Positions 1-13,202 of a DNA stretch of 64,000 nucleotides are shown here, piece by piece. Numbering within the stretch: the first letter of the stretch is position 1; each line of letters opens with the position of its first letter. A model generated the notes under the pieces. That model was not told the DNA's origin. It did no database searches and worked only from the letters and a program-made list of their open reading frames with translations. The stretch comes from Stegostoma tigrinum (taxonomy: Eukaryota). The position numbers and the translations under genes are program-made. Location of the stretch: contig NC_081375.1 in NCBI RefSeq assembly GCF_030684315.1, positions 8,252,678 to 8,316,677 of the forward strand. The letters run 5' to 3'.

Positions 1-94
1 GAGTTGATGCTAGTTTAGTTATTAGTTCTAAGTCTGAGATATATAACTTTTTGTTAAGCAGAAGTATTAAAGAATTTTAGGCAAAGGCAGGTAT

Positions 95-968
95 ATGGAT
101 TTGGACCACAGATCAGCCATGATCTCATTAAATGGCAGAATAGGCTCAAGGGGCTGAATGCCCTAATCCTATTCCTATGTTCCCAGGTGATGTATTTTGG
201 AAGAACTAACAAGGCAAAGGGAGTGCATGTTAAATAGTAGAACCCTAGGAAATACAAAGAAGAAAAAGATTTTGGTGTACATATCCATAGGTCCCTTAAC
301 ACAGCAAGGCAAGTAGATAAGATGTTTAAAAAGCATTTGGATACTAGCCTTTATTCGTCAAGGTGTTGAATACATGGGCGGGGAGGTTATGATGGAGCTG
401 TATATAGCATTAGTTAGGTGTCAACTGGAGTACAGTGTGTAGTTCTGGTCGTTACATTACGGGAAGGACGTGATTGCATGAGAGAGGGTGCAGAGGAGAT
501 TTGCCAGGATATTACCTGGGCTGGACAATTCAATAATGATGAGAAACTAGATAGGCTGGGGTTATTTTCATTAGAGGAGATAAGGTTGCGGGGGAGGGAT
601 CTGAATGAAATATACGAATTTCTAAGGAGCATGGATAGGGTAGAGAGGGAGAAGTTTTTCCCCTTAGTGGAGGGATCAGTGACCAAGAGACAGTTTTCGT
701 GTTAGAAGCAGGAGATTTAGAAGGGAATTGAGGAAAAATATTTTCACCCAGAACATTGTGCGTATCTGGAACTTACATCTTTAAGGATGATACAGGCAGG
801 AACTCTCAAGGCATTTAAAAACTATTTAGATGAGCACTTGCAATTCAATAGCATAGAAACCTATGGGCCAAGTACAGGACAATGGGATTAGAGTAGATCC
901 ATGTCTGGTGATCAGCACCGACCTGATGGGCTGAAGGGACTCTTTCTATGCTGTAAAATCTCTATGAC
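95..968 (+). mobile_element. CR1-type LINE 3' fragments (RT C-terminus and tails), decayed
   Basis: ORF 418..705 contains LDRLGLFSLEEIRLRGRDL. Typical CR1 3' tails near 100-185 and 920-968. Confidence 0.85.
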
Positions 969-1849
969 TCAATAAGGAAAGAGACAGGTAGAGAAATTGA
1001 GAGATTTAAAGATAAGGAGTCTCCAGAAGCCAAGGTTGCAGTAGCACAGTGACCATGGGGCTTGATGAAGTTGCAGGAGTAAGTATGACTTGAAAACCAA
1101 TCGTGACAATTTTAAAATACTCACATTTTAAAATAACTGAGCCTACCCAGGATAGCCAATATTCTTAAATACTTCAACACTACATCGTACTTCATATGGT
1201 TAACTTTGCATTGTATCAGGTGGTTCCTTTAACATAGGACATTATGATACAACATATAGTACATTGCGTGGTATATAAAGTGAGGTCTTTAATACAGCAT
1301 ACAATGCAGTATACTATATAGTGCCTTTACATGATTCAGCAGATGACAGTTAATAAAATTTATGGGCACTGATAATAATCATCTAATATGAATAGTTTGC
1401 TGATCACTTATGGGTGGGGTGGTGAAATAGGTGGGAGAATATATCCTGTTACAGTTCACTTTTGGGACAAGGATGCACAAGAAGATCCTTTGTTCTTGTG
1501 AAGGAAGATGGGAGATAATAAACAGCTTTTAATATATCAAGTGATTATGGCAGTGTAAGTGCGCTGGTGGTGCCTGCAAGTACAATACTTTATGTAGATA
1601 AACTGATAAAGACCAGCCAGCGTCTTTTAGGAAATGGTAACAATAGATGGGAAATCACACGACACAGGCCCTGACAAGAGGCTGATTATATTGTGCAGGT
1701 GTGTGCTATTGCCCTTTAACTACAGAACAGGAAATGAATGTGTACACCCTTGTAAGGAGATCCTGCACATCAATCACTGAAACCCAACCAAACCCTTTCT
1801 AAATAACAGAATTACATGATCCAGATACTCACATCGCGTGCCCATGACT

Positions 1850-3232
1850 GCTGTGTAGGACTCATCTCTTCAACCTCTCACTCCTACAAGCCAAAGTCCC
1901 CACCTACTTCAAGAAAAGCACCATTGTCCATGTACCCAAGAAAACACATGCAGCGTGCGTTTATGACTACCATCCAATAGCTCTGACTTCAAAAATCATG
2001 AAATGGTTCAAGAGGCTGACCATGGCCCCATCAGCTCCAGTCTCCCAACCTGTCTCGTTCCCCAACAGTTTGCATAACAGGTCCAAAGAGAATGCCATAT
2101 CCCTAGCCCTGCAATCATCCCTGGAACATCTGGACAACAAACACACCTACGTTAGACTCCTGCTTGTTGACTACAGCTCTGCCTTCTAACACCATAATTC
2201 CCTCCATATTAATCTCAAAACTGCATGACCTTGGTCCTGGCTGTGCCCTCTGCAGCTGGTTTCTCAGCTTTCTGACCTATAGGCTGCAGTGAGGATAGGT
2301 AACTGCACCTCCTCCACAATAACACTCAAGCTGCCCAAGGATACGTCCTCAGCCCCCTATTGTAGGACACCTACGACTATGTTGCCAAAATCCGTGTAAA
2401 TGCCATCTACAAGTATGCTGACAACACCACTGTAGTGGAACAGATATCTAACAATGATGAGACAAAATACAGAAGGGAGATAGGGGACTTGGTGACGTGG
2501 TGCAATGAAAACAATCAGTCTCTCAACTTTGGCAAAACTAAAGAAATAATCACCAACTTCAGAAAGAAAGGAGGAGAACATGCCCCCACCTACATCAGTG
2601 GAACCAAGGTTGAGAGAGTGAAGACCATCAAGTTCCTCGAAATGACAATTACTGACGACCTGTCCTGGGCTTGCCATGTAAATGCAAAAGTCAAAGAGGC
2701 ACAACAACACCTCTTCCTCCTCAGGCAGCTCAAGAAATCCAGCATGTCCGTAAGGTCCCTCACCAACTTCTACAGATCTACCATTGAAAGCATACTTTCC
2801 GGGTGCATATTGGCCTGGTATAGCAACTGCTCTGCGCAGGACCATAAGAAACAGCAGAAGGTGGTTTGTATAGCCCAAACAATATGGAAGCCAACCTTCC
2901 ATCCATGGACTCTTTTTGCACGGATTGCTGCCAGGGAAAAGCAGCCAATATCATCAAAGACCCATTGCACACTGGTAGTGATCTCCTACAACCTCTTCCA
3001 TCAGGCAGAAGATACAGAAGCTTGAATAGATGCACAAACAGGTTCAGAAACAGCTTCTTTCCAGCTATTATCAGACTGCTGAATGGACTGTAGTCTCAAA
3101 TAATATAACCTGTAATGTAACCTTAATGCCTCTAAAAATCTGACATCTTTTGCTTGCTGTGATCTGCCTGAACCACTCGTAAACAAAGCTTTTCACTGTA
3201 TTTTGGTACACGTGACAATAAATCAATCAATC
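1850..3232 (+). mobile_element. Rex1/Babar-like LINE, 5'-truncated, decayed RT
   Basis: RT motifs YVRLLLVDYSSAF, KYADNTT and LTNFYRSTIESILSGCI; tail gcttttcactgt...gacaataaatcaatcaatc. Confidence 0.85.
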
Positions 3233-3824
3233 TGCAACACTACTCAGAAGAGGGGATCCTCTGAACGCCACAAAGTGAAACTCCATTTTCAACGCCCTTT
3301 TGGGATTCAGTAGCAATTTCAACTCCTCTCACTTACAGTCGCTGACTTTATAGTCCAGTAAATATTCTTGCTTAGTAGTAATGCTATGGCTTCTAAAAAG
3401 TATAAATTCAACCTTTGTTGTGTTGTTCACATAGTTCACATAGACTAGACTGATACATTGGTGGTATACTGCTAGCAAGTGCTGCAATGTGAAGCTGCTT
3501 TTCTAAATGATGTACAAAACTGAGGGACAGTTACATCATCAAAGGCACAATGTTTGAACACAGGTGTGAAAGAATTTGACATTGTCAAGATGCTTTTATT
3601 TGAATAATGTAAAGGGAATGGTATGTTGTCAGCGGTGGTGTACTTTGAATACGACATTAATCCAAGATCTTGTTAAGGCAGATGTGAGAAGATTCTGTGG
3701 ATATATTGGAAGTGTAAGGTATTTTCCTGCCCTTGCCAACATTCCTCTCTCAGTGACTATGACCAAGAAACATCTCTGGACACTCTTTTCGTATCTGTCT
3801 TCTTATTATTCGCCAATGACTTGA

Positions 3825-4600
3825 GACTGAAGATAATTCTCTTCCACTGTGGAGTTGTGTCCCCTGAGTTCACTAAACAGTCTGATGCAGTATCCATGCA
3901 CCCTGCCACAGGTGGGGCAGATGGTGTTTGAAGAGATGGGATAGTGAGATGCTCATGTTTTCACGTGCTCTTTCTGCTGTTTGGGCCAAGCTTCCACCTG
4001 AACCTGTCAGAGATGCTAAAGATGTTTAGCATTCTCATGGATGCTTCTTCTCCAGTTTGAGCAGTATTTGATAAGATATTCCCCGCAATTGGGTCGGGAT
4101 ACTGTATTTTCTTAGAGACACTTTGAAGACATCTGTGAGGGGTTTAACTACTTGCCTTGATGGAGCTCAAAATAAAGAGCTTGCTTTTCAAGTCTTGAGT
4201 CAGGCACATAGTCAAAATGACCCACCCATCAACAATGTGGCCCACCTGGCGACAATGTGGCCCACCCATCATAGCTGAATAATAGTAATCAGCGCCTTGA
4301 CGTTGGGGTATCAGCTTGAGAGACTGAAACTGGAACTCCTTTCTTGCCACTGGATTTACAGAATTTTGCAGCAGTATCACTGGTGATATTTCCTTTACCT
4401 ATAAGGGCTCACTTAGAGTCAAATGGCTGCTACAATTGTGCAGTGCTAGAGCAGGACTGGAAATACAGTTGCCCACCAGCAACTGTATTGTCTGAAAAAT
4501 TGTTATGTGCTTCCATTCTGATTTAACTCCTATCCTAAGTGTTACTGAGGATTATTATTCTTTTGAAGAGCCCAGCTGCCTGGTGATCATTCTTCACTGA
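3825..4600 (-). mobile_element. RTE-like LINE 3' fragment, highly decayed
   Basis: Minus strand shows a Cys-rich C-terminal motif (ICPTCGR) and a tail ending in a short aagaag-like repeat; similarity by recall only. Confidence 0.5.
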
Positions 4601-4624
4601 CAACAAGACTGTATTTGTCATTAG

Positions 4625-4825
4625 CATAAACAGAAAGTGCTGGAGAAACTCAGCAGATCCGGCACCATCTATGAGAGAAAATGAGTTAAGATCAAGTAGA
4701 AGAAGACTCTTTGGATTCAAAAATTCTATTCCTTTGACCATGGATACTGCTGGGACTGCTGGATTTCTCCTGTACTTTCTGTTTTTATTTCAGATTTCCA
4801 GCATCCAGGGTACTTTGCTTTTATT
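4625..4825. mobile_element. Short inverted-arm Penelope-derived element, decayed
   Basis: aaacagaaagtgctggagaaactcagcag is the approximate reverse complement of ctgctggatttctcctgtactttctgttt; same family as 5706-5840 and 51655-51917. Confidence 0.6.
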
Positions 4826-5740
4826 TGAGTAGTTGTCACCAGTTTATTGTGATTGTAGGGAGCATCACAAGTACTTTTCTGTCTAGATGCTGACTGGATG
4901 GACCATCCAGAATCACTGAGGCCATTTGCTGTACTCAATGTTGCCATAAGGACAGAGTAAGTTCAAAACAGAACAAATTGAAGGTCAATGCTGTTCCAGT
5001 GTGTCTCCAGGTAGTAAACAAGGAAAAGGCAGTGGTGAAGACCATAGTCATAGTTGTCTTTGAGTGATGGTTAAGGTTCATTTCCGAGGATATTATCTTG
5101 ATAGGAGCCTTAATATTAAGAATGTGAGAAGACAGCTAAATAATCTTATCACCTTTGGCCTGAGCTTCCAGAGAATTAATTGCAGGCAAGAAAATGTCAG
5201 ATATAATTTCTTCAGTTCGTTAGATAACAGGCAGAGTCCCTTATGAAAGCCTGTTAACCCATGTAAACTCAGGCTCCTATCCGGAGACACATCCTTATTA
5301 TTGTCCGAACTCACAGCCTATTTCACCATGTTACACTCAAGGTGAGGCTGTAAACAGGAGGCAACTGCACATACCTTTTATTCTTTCATGGGATGTGAAC
5401 ATTGCTGGCTGGGCCATCATTTAATATCCATCTTGGTTTGTCCTTGAGAATGTAGTGATGACAAACTTTCTTGAAATACTGCAGGCCATGTGGTACAAGG
5501 ATGTCCACAGCGCTGTTAGGGTGGAAATTGCAAACTTTTCAACCAGCTACAGTGATGGTAGGGTAGAAACACAGATTAGAATCCCTACAGTGTCACATCC
5601 AAAGATGGTGAATGATGGAGGGAAAAACGTGGAGAAGGTAGTGTTCGCATGGTGAGAAAAGAGAGAATGAGGCTCCAAAGGAAGCATAAGTACAAGCTTA
5701 TAACTTAAATAAAAACCAAAAGAAGTGCAGATGCAGTTCT

Positions 5741-5780
5741 GAGTTCTGAGGAAGGGTCACCGGACCTGAAACGTTAACTC
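5741..5780 (+). ncRNA. Minimal type I hammerhead ribozyme motif within a Penelope-derived repeat (5706-5840)
   Basis: GAGTT-CTGAGGA-A-GGGTC-ACCG-GACCT-GAAA-CG-TT-AACTC. Stem I GAGTT/AACTC, core CUGANGA and GAAA, 5-bp stem II, palindromic ACGU in place of stem III, GUU cleavage triplet. Confidence 0.7.
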
Positions 5781-5864
5781 TGTTTTCTCCTTCACAGATG
5801 CTGCCAGACCTGCTGAGCTTTTCCAACAACTGTTTTTGTAGCCTACAACTTAGGTAACCGTGTC

Positions 5865-6020
5865 AGAAGTCATAGACGCCAGGTTCTAGTCCAACAGATT
5901 TATTTGAAATCACAAGTTTTCCAAGCATAGCCCATTCATCAGGTGACCTGTTGGACTATAACCTGGTGTCATGTGACTTCTGACTTTGTCCACCCCAGTC
6001 CAACACTGGCACCTCCACAT
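5865..6020. mobile_element. Short inverted-arm repeat, second Penelope-derived family, with decayed hammerhead on the minus strand
   Basis: gacgccaggttctagtccaacag pairs with ctgttggactataacctggtgtc; the minus strand reads CTGATGA...GAAA between the arms (about 5915-5942). Confidence 0.55.
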
Positions 6021-9000
6021 CTATGTAACCCCATCTAACAATCCTCTCAGATCCACTGCAACCTCCTCCTCACCCCTGAATTACCTTTCCACAACCTTGT
6101 CTCTTCTCATTTCACCCCCACACACATCCCCTTTTACTCTTCCTATCCTTTCATACTTCGAAAGCTCGCACCTTTACCCCACCTTACACCTTCCCTCCTC
6201 ATCCTCGCAGGAAGCCAGCAGCTATGACGGAATCAGTTGCAGGATAATGATCAAAGTCCAGGATAAACAAGAGGAGAACTGCACTTCAACAGAATGTTTA
6301 CAAGCGGCGGGGTGTGTGGGGGAGGGGGCAAGCTTTATTAATTAAACATTTTATCATCGGCAGACAGGCGAACTTGTGATTGTCCGAGAGTGCAGATGTG
6401 CAACATACAAATGTGAGAAGCTAATTAAAGTGGAGCTTCTCTGCAGGAGGTACGGGCAGCTGAAGGGAAATGATTGATTCACCTTGTCACACTCTCTGCT
6501 GGGTTCAGAATTTAACAGCAAATCAAGAATCACATTGTCTCAGTGTGATCCAGTTCCTTTGTTTATCAAACTTCAAAGGTATGACATTATCCGAACAATT
6601 TTCCTTTGTTTCCTGCAGAGGGAGCATCAAACCCGGCTCCAATTAAATATGACCGGCGTTAAAACATATGTTTTTTTCCTCCAATGCTAGGTTACAAATG
6701 TTTCTCTCTCTCCTGTTTTCCTCAAATCTATTAGAAGCTGTGAATGTGCAATTTGGTAATCTCCCATATTGGGGATGTAAAGTCCGAACCTATAAATCTT
6801 GCAGCGATATTTGTGGATCGTACTCAGTGCCCTTCTATTTGGCCAAACTACGCTCAAGCGGCAATTCGGCCGAATGGTAAAGATTGACCAGCTAAATCCC
6901 GGAACTCATTTGAACCGTGACACCCCCGTGACCGAAATACTCGACCACTCCATGTCTGGTGCAAGACTGGGTGGAGCAACCGGTTTCCGTGGATCCCATC
7001 ACCGAGCGAGTGAACATACAAAGTCGGAGAGGTGGACAGGCCATCTAAATTTGGTACTTTAGTTAAAAAGATTAATTGTTCACTAATAACTAAACCAGGA
7101 AAGCTGAACTAACCACCAAACCACAAGTGCCGTTAAACTTCAGTTATGGGTGATCTGAAGACTGAAAAGGCTGCAGTGCAATAGGTGAGAGTCCTATTGT
7201 CAGTAATCTTGAAAAAAAGCCTTTCATGTATTGGCACCCTGCACAATGTCCTTCTAACATTGATGACTTTTAACAAATAATTTAAGGCAAAAGGATTATG
7301 AGCATCTGAAGAAATTCTTTGAAAAAGATATGCTAATTCCCAGGGAAGAGAAACATCAAACCCGTGCCAGCAAATAGCCAAGGGATCTTCACTTCTGTAA
7401 TATCCTCTGAGTCGCTTTATCTCCTTACAGAACCTGTATCATCGCATAAACAGGAAATGAAACAGTTTCGGCATCAAAGACCCCACTATGCCATGCTGTA
7501 AATTTAGATCAGGGCTTTATATATATAAAGGTTATCTCGAAGCCTTAATCAAACCACCGTAGTGTTTTTTTTCAAAGAATCATTTGATCATTGTCATTTA
7601 AAACTACAATCAAAACCTCCCACAAGAATCTTGCTTTTTAACCTCTCCCTGCAATTGTTTTGCTTTTTCATAATTGACAAGGAGTAGCCACAGAAAGCTT
7701 GCATATAAACTCCACTGATCTATGGTAACAGATAAGACAAATAGCTTTCTGAGTTCTATTATCTCCATTCTGGCTTTCTATACAGGACAGTATATGAATC
7801 TTCACATTCTTTCATTACCATGAATAAAGGGCAGTGAGATATTCTCCAGCCCATCCCTCCCCATATGTGACCATATTATCATTATAATCTCCCTCAACCC
7901 TACACTGTTCTAGATCCCTATACTTCTCCAATTATGGCTACTTGCCAACTTTGATTTACATTTCTCTGCCATTGGTGAACATTCTTTCATCCGTCTTAAC
8001 CTTAGTCTATACAATTCCTTACCATTTAATTCTCTCAAACCTCGGTCTCTCAAACTCAATCCTCTTCTCAAAAACACTCCTTAAAATGTATCAGCGTCAA
8101 ACATTTTGTGTGTCCTGATGAAGGTTCTAGGCCCAAAACTTCAACTCTCCTCTGATGCTGCCTGACCTGCTGTGTTCCTCCAGCTCCACACTGTGTTGAT
8201 TTTGTGTGTGCATGTGTATTAGTCTGGGATAATGTTGTTTCATTCTGATAATGATATTCATTGAAGGCTGTCAGGGCCCAATTTCTGGAGAGAAGGAAAT
8301 CTACCATTCTTAACCAGCCTGGTTTACAAATGACTTTAGGACCACAGCAATGTGGTTGCCACTTAATTGCTTTCTTCAACATCATGGCAATTTGAGGTGG
8401 ACAATAAATGTTGGCCTAGCCAGTGATGTTCACATCCCATGAATGAATTTTTAAAATTTCAAGGTGGATGAGCAACAAATGTTTAAGTGACAGTTCAACC
8501 CCGGCACTTCATCAGTGTTTCCCTCCATGCCTTCTCCTCAAATCCAAAATAAACACACTAACTCCACTGTGAAGACCAGGAGAAGGGAAAGGGAGAGATC
8601 CAGAGAGCATCCTGGGAAGGTGAGTGAGGGAAGACTTACCTTGGGTATTCACAGTGATAAGTAAGTGTAAGTGTTTAATAAATTTTCTTAACAACTTAAT
8701 TGGTGATAGAAATGTCAGTAAGAGGGCTTAAGTGCTGCACTTGTGAGATGTCGGAGATTGGTGATGCTTCTGGCATCTGCGACAACTACATCTGCAAGAA
8801 GTACACCCAATTGCAGCTCTTTACAGGTCGCATGGGTAGGTTGGAGCGGCAATTGGACGCATTTAGGAGAATGAGGATGGCAGAAAACATCATAGACAGT
8901 AGTTTTAGAGATGTGGTGACCCCCAAGGTGCAGGCAGATAGATGGGTGACCGCTAGAAGGGGCAGGCAGCCAGTGCAGGAATTCCCCATTGGTCATCCCC

Positions 9001-10480
9001 CCTCTAACAAGTATACCATTTTGGATAATTTTGGGGTGGGAATGATCTATTAGGGGTTTAACAGCAGCAGCAGCCAGACAGTGGCACCATGACTGGCTCT
9101 GTTCTTAAGAAGGGAAGGACAAAGAGTTCTAGAGCATTAGCTAAAGGAGACTCTGTAGTTAGGGGTACAGGAAGGTGCTTCCGTGAATGTAGAAGAGACT
9201 CCAGGATGGTATGTTGACTCCCTGGTGCCAGGGTCCAGGGCACTGTCTCTGAACAGGCAGAAAGCACACTGAAGGGAGAGGGTGAGCAGCCTGAGGTCAT
9301 GGTACATATTGGTACTAACGACATAAGTAGGATGAGTGATGAGGTCCTGAAGCAGCAGTTCAGGGAGTTAGGTGGAAAGTTAAAAAGCAGGACCATAGAA
9401 GTTGTAATCTCAGGATTACTGCCTGTGTCATGTACCAGTGAGGCTAGAAATAGGAAGATAGTACAGCTCAACACATGGCTAAATTGATGAGGTAGAAGGG
9501 AGTTTCAAATATCTGGACCATCGGGATTGCTTCCAGGGCAGGGTGGACCTGTACAAGAAGGATGGGTTGCATCTAAACTCGAGGACCACAAATATTCTGG
9601 CTGGGAGGTTTGCTCATGTCCTTCAGGAGGATTTAAACTAGCTTGGCAGGGGGTGGGAACCAAAGCAAAGTTGAATTGACTGAAAGGGATCTAGAGATTA
9701 GGGCCAGTAAGACTAGGACGAAGAGCAGGCGGGGTGTGTTTGCTGATCAAAGTAAGTCTTGTGGACTGAAGTGCATCTGTTTCAATGTGAGAACTGTAAC
9801 AGGTAAGGCAGATGAACTTAGAGCTTGGATTAGTGCTTGAAACTATGATGTTGCTATTTCAGAAACTTGGTTAATGGAGGGACAGGATCGGTAGCTTAAT
9901 GTTTCAGGATACAGATGTTTCAGGCAGGATGTAAAAGTGGTAGAGGAGTTGCACTACTTGTTAAGGAGGATATCACAGCTGTACTGTGGGAGGAGACCTC
10001 AGATGGCTCATACAGCGAAGCAATATGGGTGGAGCTCAAGAACAGGAAGGGTGCAATCACAATGTTTGGGGTTTAGTATAGGCCAGTGGGAGATAGAAGA
10101 ACCGATATGTAGGCAGATTTTGGCAAGATGTAGAAGCAACAGGGTTGTTGTCGTGGGTAACTTTAACTTCCCATATTGACTAGGACCCACTTAGTGCTTG
10201 GGGCGCAGATGGGGCAGAGTTTGTAAGGAGCATCCAGGAGGGCTTCTTGAAACACTATGTGCATAGACCAACTACAAAAGGGGCCATACTGGACCAAGTA
10301 TTCATGGCCAGGCAGCTGACGTCTCAGTAGAAGAGCAGCTTGGGAAGAGTGATCACAATTTAGTAAGCTTTAAGGTACTATAGATAAAGACAAGTGTTGT
10401 TATCAGGTTAAGCTGCTAAATTTGGGGAAGGCTAATTACAACAATATTAGGCAGGAACTGAAGGATATAGATTGGAGGCA

Positions 10481-11470
10481 ACAAAGTGTGGAGCTGGATG
10501 AACACAGTAGGCCAAGCAGCATCTTAGGAGCACAAAAGCTGACGCTTTGGGCCTAGGCCCTTCATTAAAAAAGGGTGATGGAGAGAGGATTCTGAAATAA
10601 ATAGGGAGCGAGGAGGAGGCAGGCTGAGGATGGATAGAGGAGAAGATAGGTCGAGAGGAGAGGTGGGGAGGTAGGGAGGGGAAGGCTCAGTCCGGGGAGA
10701 ACGGACAGGTCAAGGGGGCGGGATGAGGTTTGTAGGTAGGAAATGGAGGTGCGGCTTGAGGTGGGAGGAGGGGATAGGTGAGAGGAAGAACAGGTTAGAG
10801 AGGTGGGGACGAGCTGGGCTGGTTTTGGGATACAGTGGGGGGAGGGGAGATTTTGAAGCTTGTGAAATCCACATTGATACCATTGGGCTGCAGGGCTCCC
10901 AAGCAGAAAATGAGTTGCTGTTCCTGCAACCTTCGGGTGGCATCATTGTGACACTGCAGGAGGCCCAGGATGGACATGTCGTTTAAGGAATGGGAGGGGG
11001 AGTTAAAATGGTTTGTGACTGGGAAGTGCAGTTGTTTATTGTGAACCAAGCGTAGACTTTCTGCAAAGCGGTCCCCAAGCCTCTGCTTGGTTTTCCCAAT
11101 GTAGAGGAAGCCACAACGGGTACAGCGGATGCAGTATACCACATTGGCGGATGTGCAGGTGAACATCTGCTTGATGTGGAAAGTGATCTTGGGGCCTGGG
11201 ATGGGGGTGAGTGAGGAGGTGTGGGGGCATGTGTAACACTTCCTGCGGCTGCAGGGGAAAGTGCTGGGTGTGGTGGGGTTGGAGGGGTGTGTGGAGTGGA
11301 CAAGGGAGTCCTGGAGAGAGTGGTCTTTCCGGAAAGCAGACAAGAGTGGGGATGGGAAAATGTCTTTAGTGGTGGGGTTGGATTGTAGATGGCGGAAGTG
11401 TCAGAGGATGATGCATTGTATGCGGAGGTTGGTGGGGTGGTATATGAGGACTAGGGGGATTCTCTTTTGG
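10481..11470 (-). mobile_element. Penelope-like element fragment (GIY-YIG endonuclease + terminal repeat) nested in CR1
   Basis: ORF 10795..11343 has C..C YTC, NVVYCIRCTRCGFLYIGKTKQRLGDRFAE. Flanked by direct repeat ttggaggca (10472-10480 and 11471-11479). Confidence 0.92.
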
Positions 11471-13064
11471 TTGGAGGCAGACGTTTGAGGACAAATAAAC
11501 ATCTGGTAAATGGGAGGTTTTCAAGTGTAAGTTGATAGGAACTCAGGACTGACATGTTCCTGTAAGAATGAAGGATACGTATGGCAAGTTTAGGGAACCT
11601 TGGATAACAAGAGATATTGTGAGCCTAGTCAAAAAGAAAAAGGAAGCATTTGTCAAAGCTGGGGGTTGGGATCGCATGAAGCAAGGCTGGAATATAAGGA
11701 ATGTTGAAAGAAACTTAAGCAAGGAGTCAGGAGGGCTTAATGAGATCATGAAAAGTCATTGGCCAACAGGATTAAGGAAAATCCCAAGGCTTTTCATACA
11801 TATATACAAAACAAGAGGGTAGCCAGGGAGAGGGTTGGCTCACTCAAGGTCAGGGAAGGGAATTTATCTGCGGAGCCAGAGGAAATGTGTGAAGGATTAA
11901 ATGGGTACTTTGTGTCATTATTCACCATAGAAAAGGACTTGGTGGATGATGAGTTTGGGAAATGGTGTGTAGACATGGTTTGGGTTATGTTGAGATAAAA
12001 AGGGAGGAGGTATTAGGGGTCTTGAAAAACATGAAGGTAAACAAGACCCCAAGCCTGATAGGATATAACCCAGAATACTGAGAGAGGCAAGGGAGGAAAT
12101 TGCTAGGGCCTTGAGAGAAATGTTTGTGTTTTCACTGGCTACAGGGGAGGTCCCAGTGGATTGGAGAATATCCAATGTTGTTCCTTTGTTTAAGAAGGGT
12201 GGCAGGGATAATCAAGCTAATTATGGGCTGGTGAGCCTTACGTCAATGGTAGGGAAATTATTGGAGAGGATTCTTCAAGACAGGATTTAGTTCCACTTGG
12301 AAATAAGTGGGCGCATTAGCAAGAGTCAACATGGTTTTGCGAAGGGGAGGGCATGTCTCACTAACTTGCTTGAGGTTTTTGAGGAAGTGATGAAAATGAT
12401 CATTGAGGTAGGGCAGTAGTTGTCTACATGCACTTTTGAAAGGCCTTTGACAAGCTCTCTCATGGCAGTCTGATACAGAAGATAAAGTCGCATGGGTTCA
12501 GAGGTGAGCTTGAAAGATGGATTAAAAATTTAGGTCGGTCATAGAATACAAAGGGTTGCAGTGGAAAGGTGCGTTTCTGAACGAAGGATTGTGACTAGTG
12601 GTGTTTCTCATGGACCTTTGCTATTTGTAATGTATATAAACGACTTGGAGGAAAATGTAACTTGATTGATTAGTAAGTTTGCAGATGACATAAAGGTTGG
12701 TGGAATTGCGGATAGACTACAGCAAGATATAGATCGGTTGGTGACTTGGGCAGAGAGATGGCAGATGACATTTAATCCAGAAAAATTGAGGGAGAAAAAT
12801 ATGAGAAGGTCATATTTGGAAAATTTGGAAGGTCTAATCTAGATGGAAAATATACAGTAAATGACTGAACCTAAGAGTACTGATAGGCAGAGGGATCTGG
12901 GTGTACAGGTACACAGATTACTGAAAGTGGCAACGCAAGCGGAAAAGGTAGCCAGCAAGGCATACGGCATGCTTGCCTTCATCGGCTGGGGCCGATGGTT
13001 TAAAAATTGGCAGGTAATGTTGCAGCTTTGTAGAACCTTAGTTAGGCCGCATGTGGAACGTTGT

Positions 13065-13202
13065 CAGAGATAATGGGAACTGCAGATGCTGGAGAATCCA
13101 AGATAACAAAGTGTGGTGCTGGATGAACACAGCAGGCCGAGCAGCATCTTAGGAGCACAAAAGCTGACGTTTTGGGCCTAGACCCTTCATCAGAGAGAGT
13201 TT
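13065..13202 (-). mobile_element. Short Penelope terminal fragment nested in CR1
   Basis: Same terminus as 10481-10570 and 62512-62640. Flanked by atgtggaacgttgt (13051-13064) and atgtggaatgttgt (13203-13216). Confidence 0.85.
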
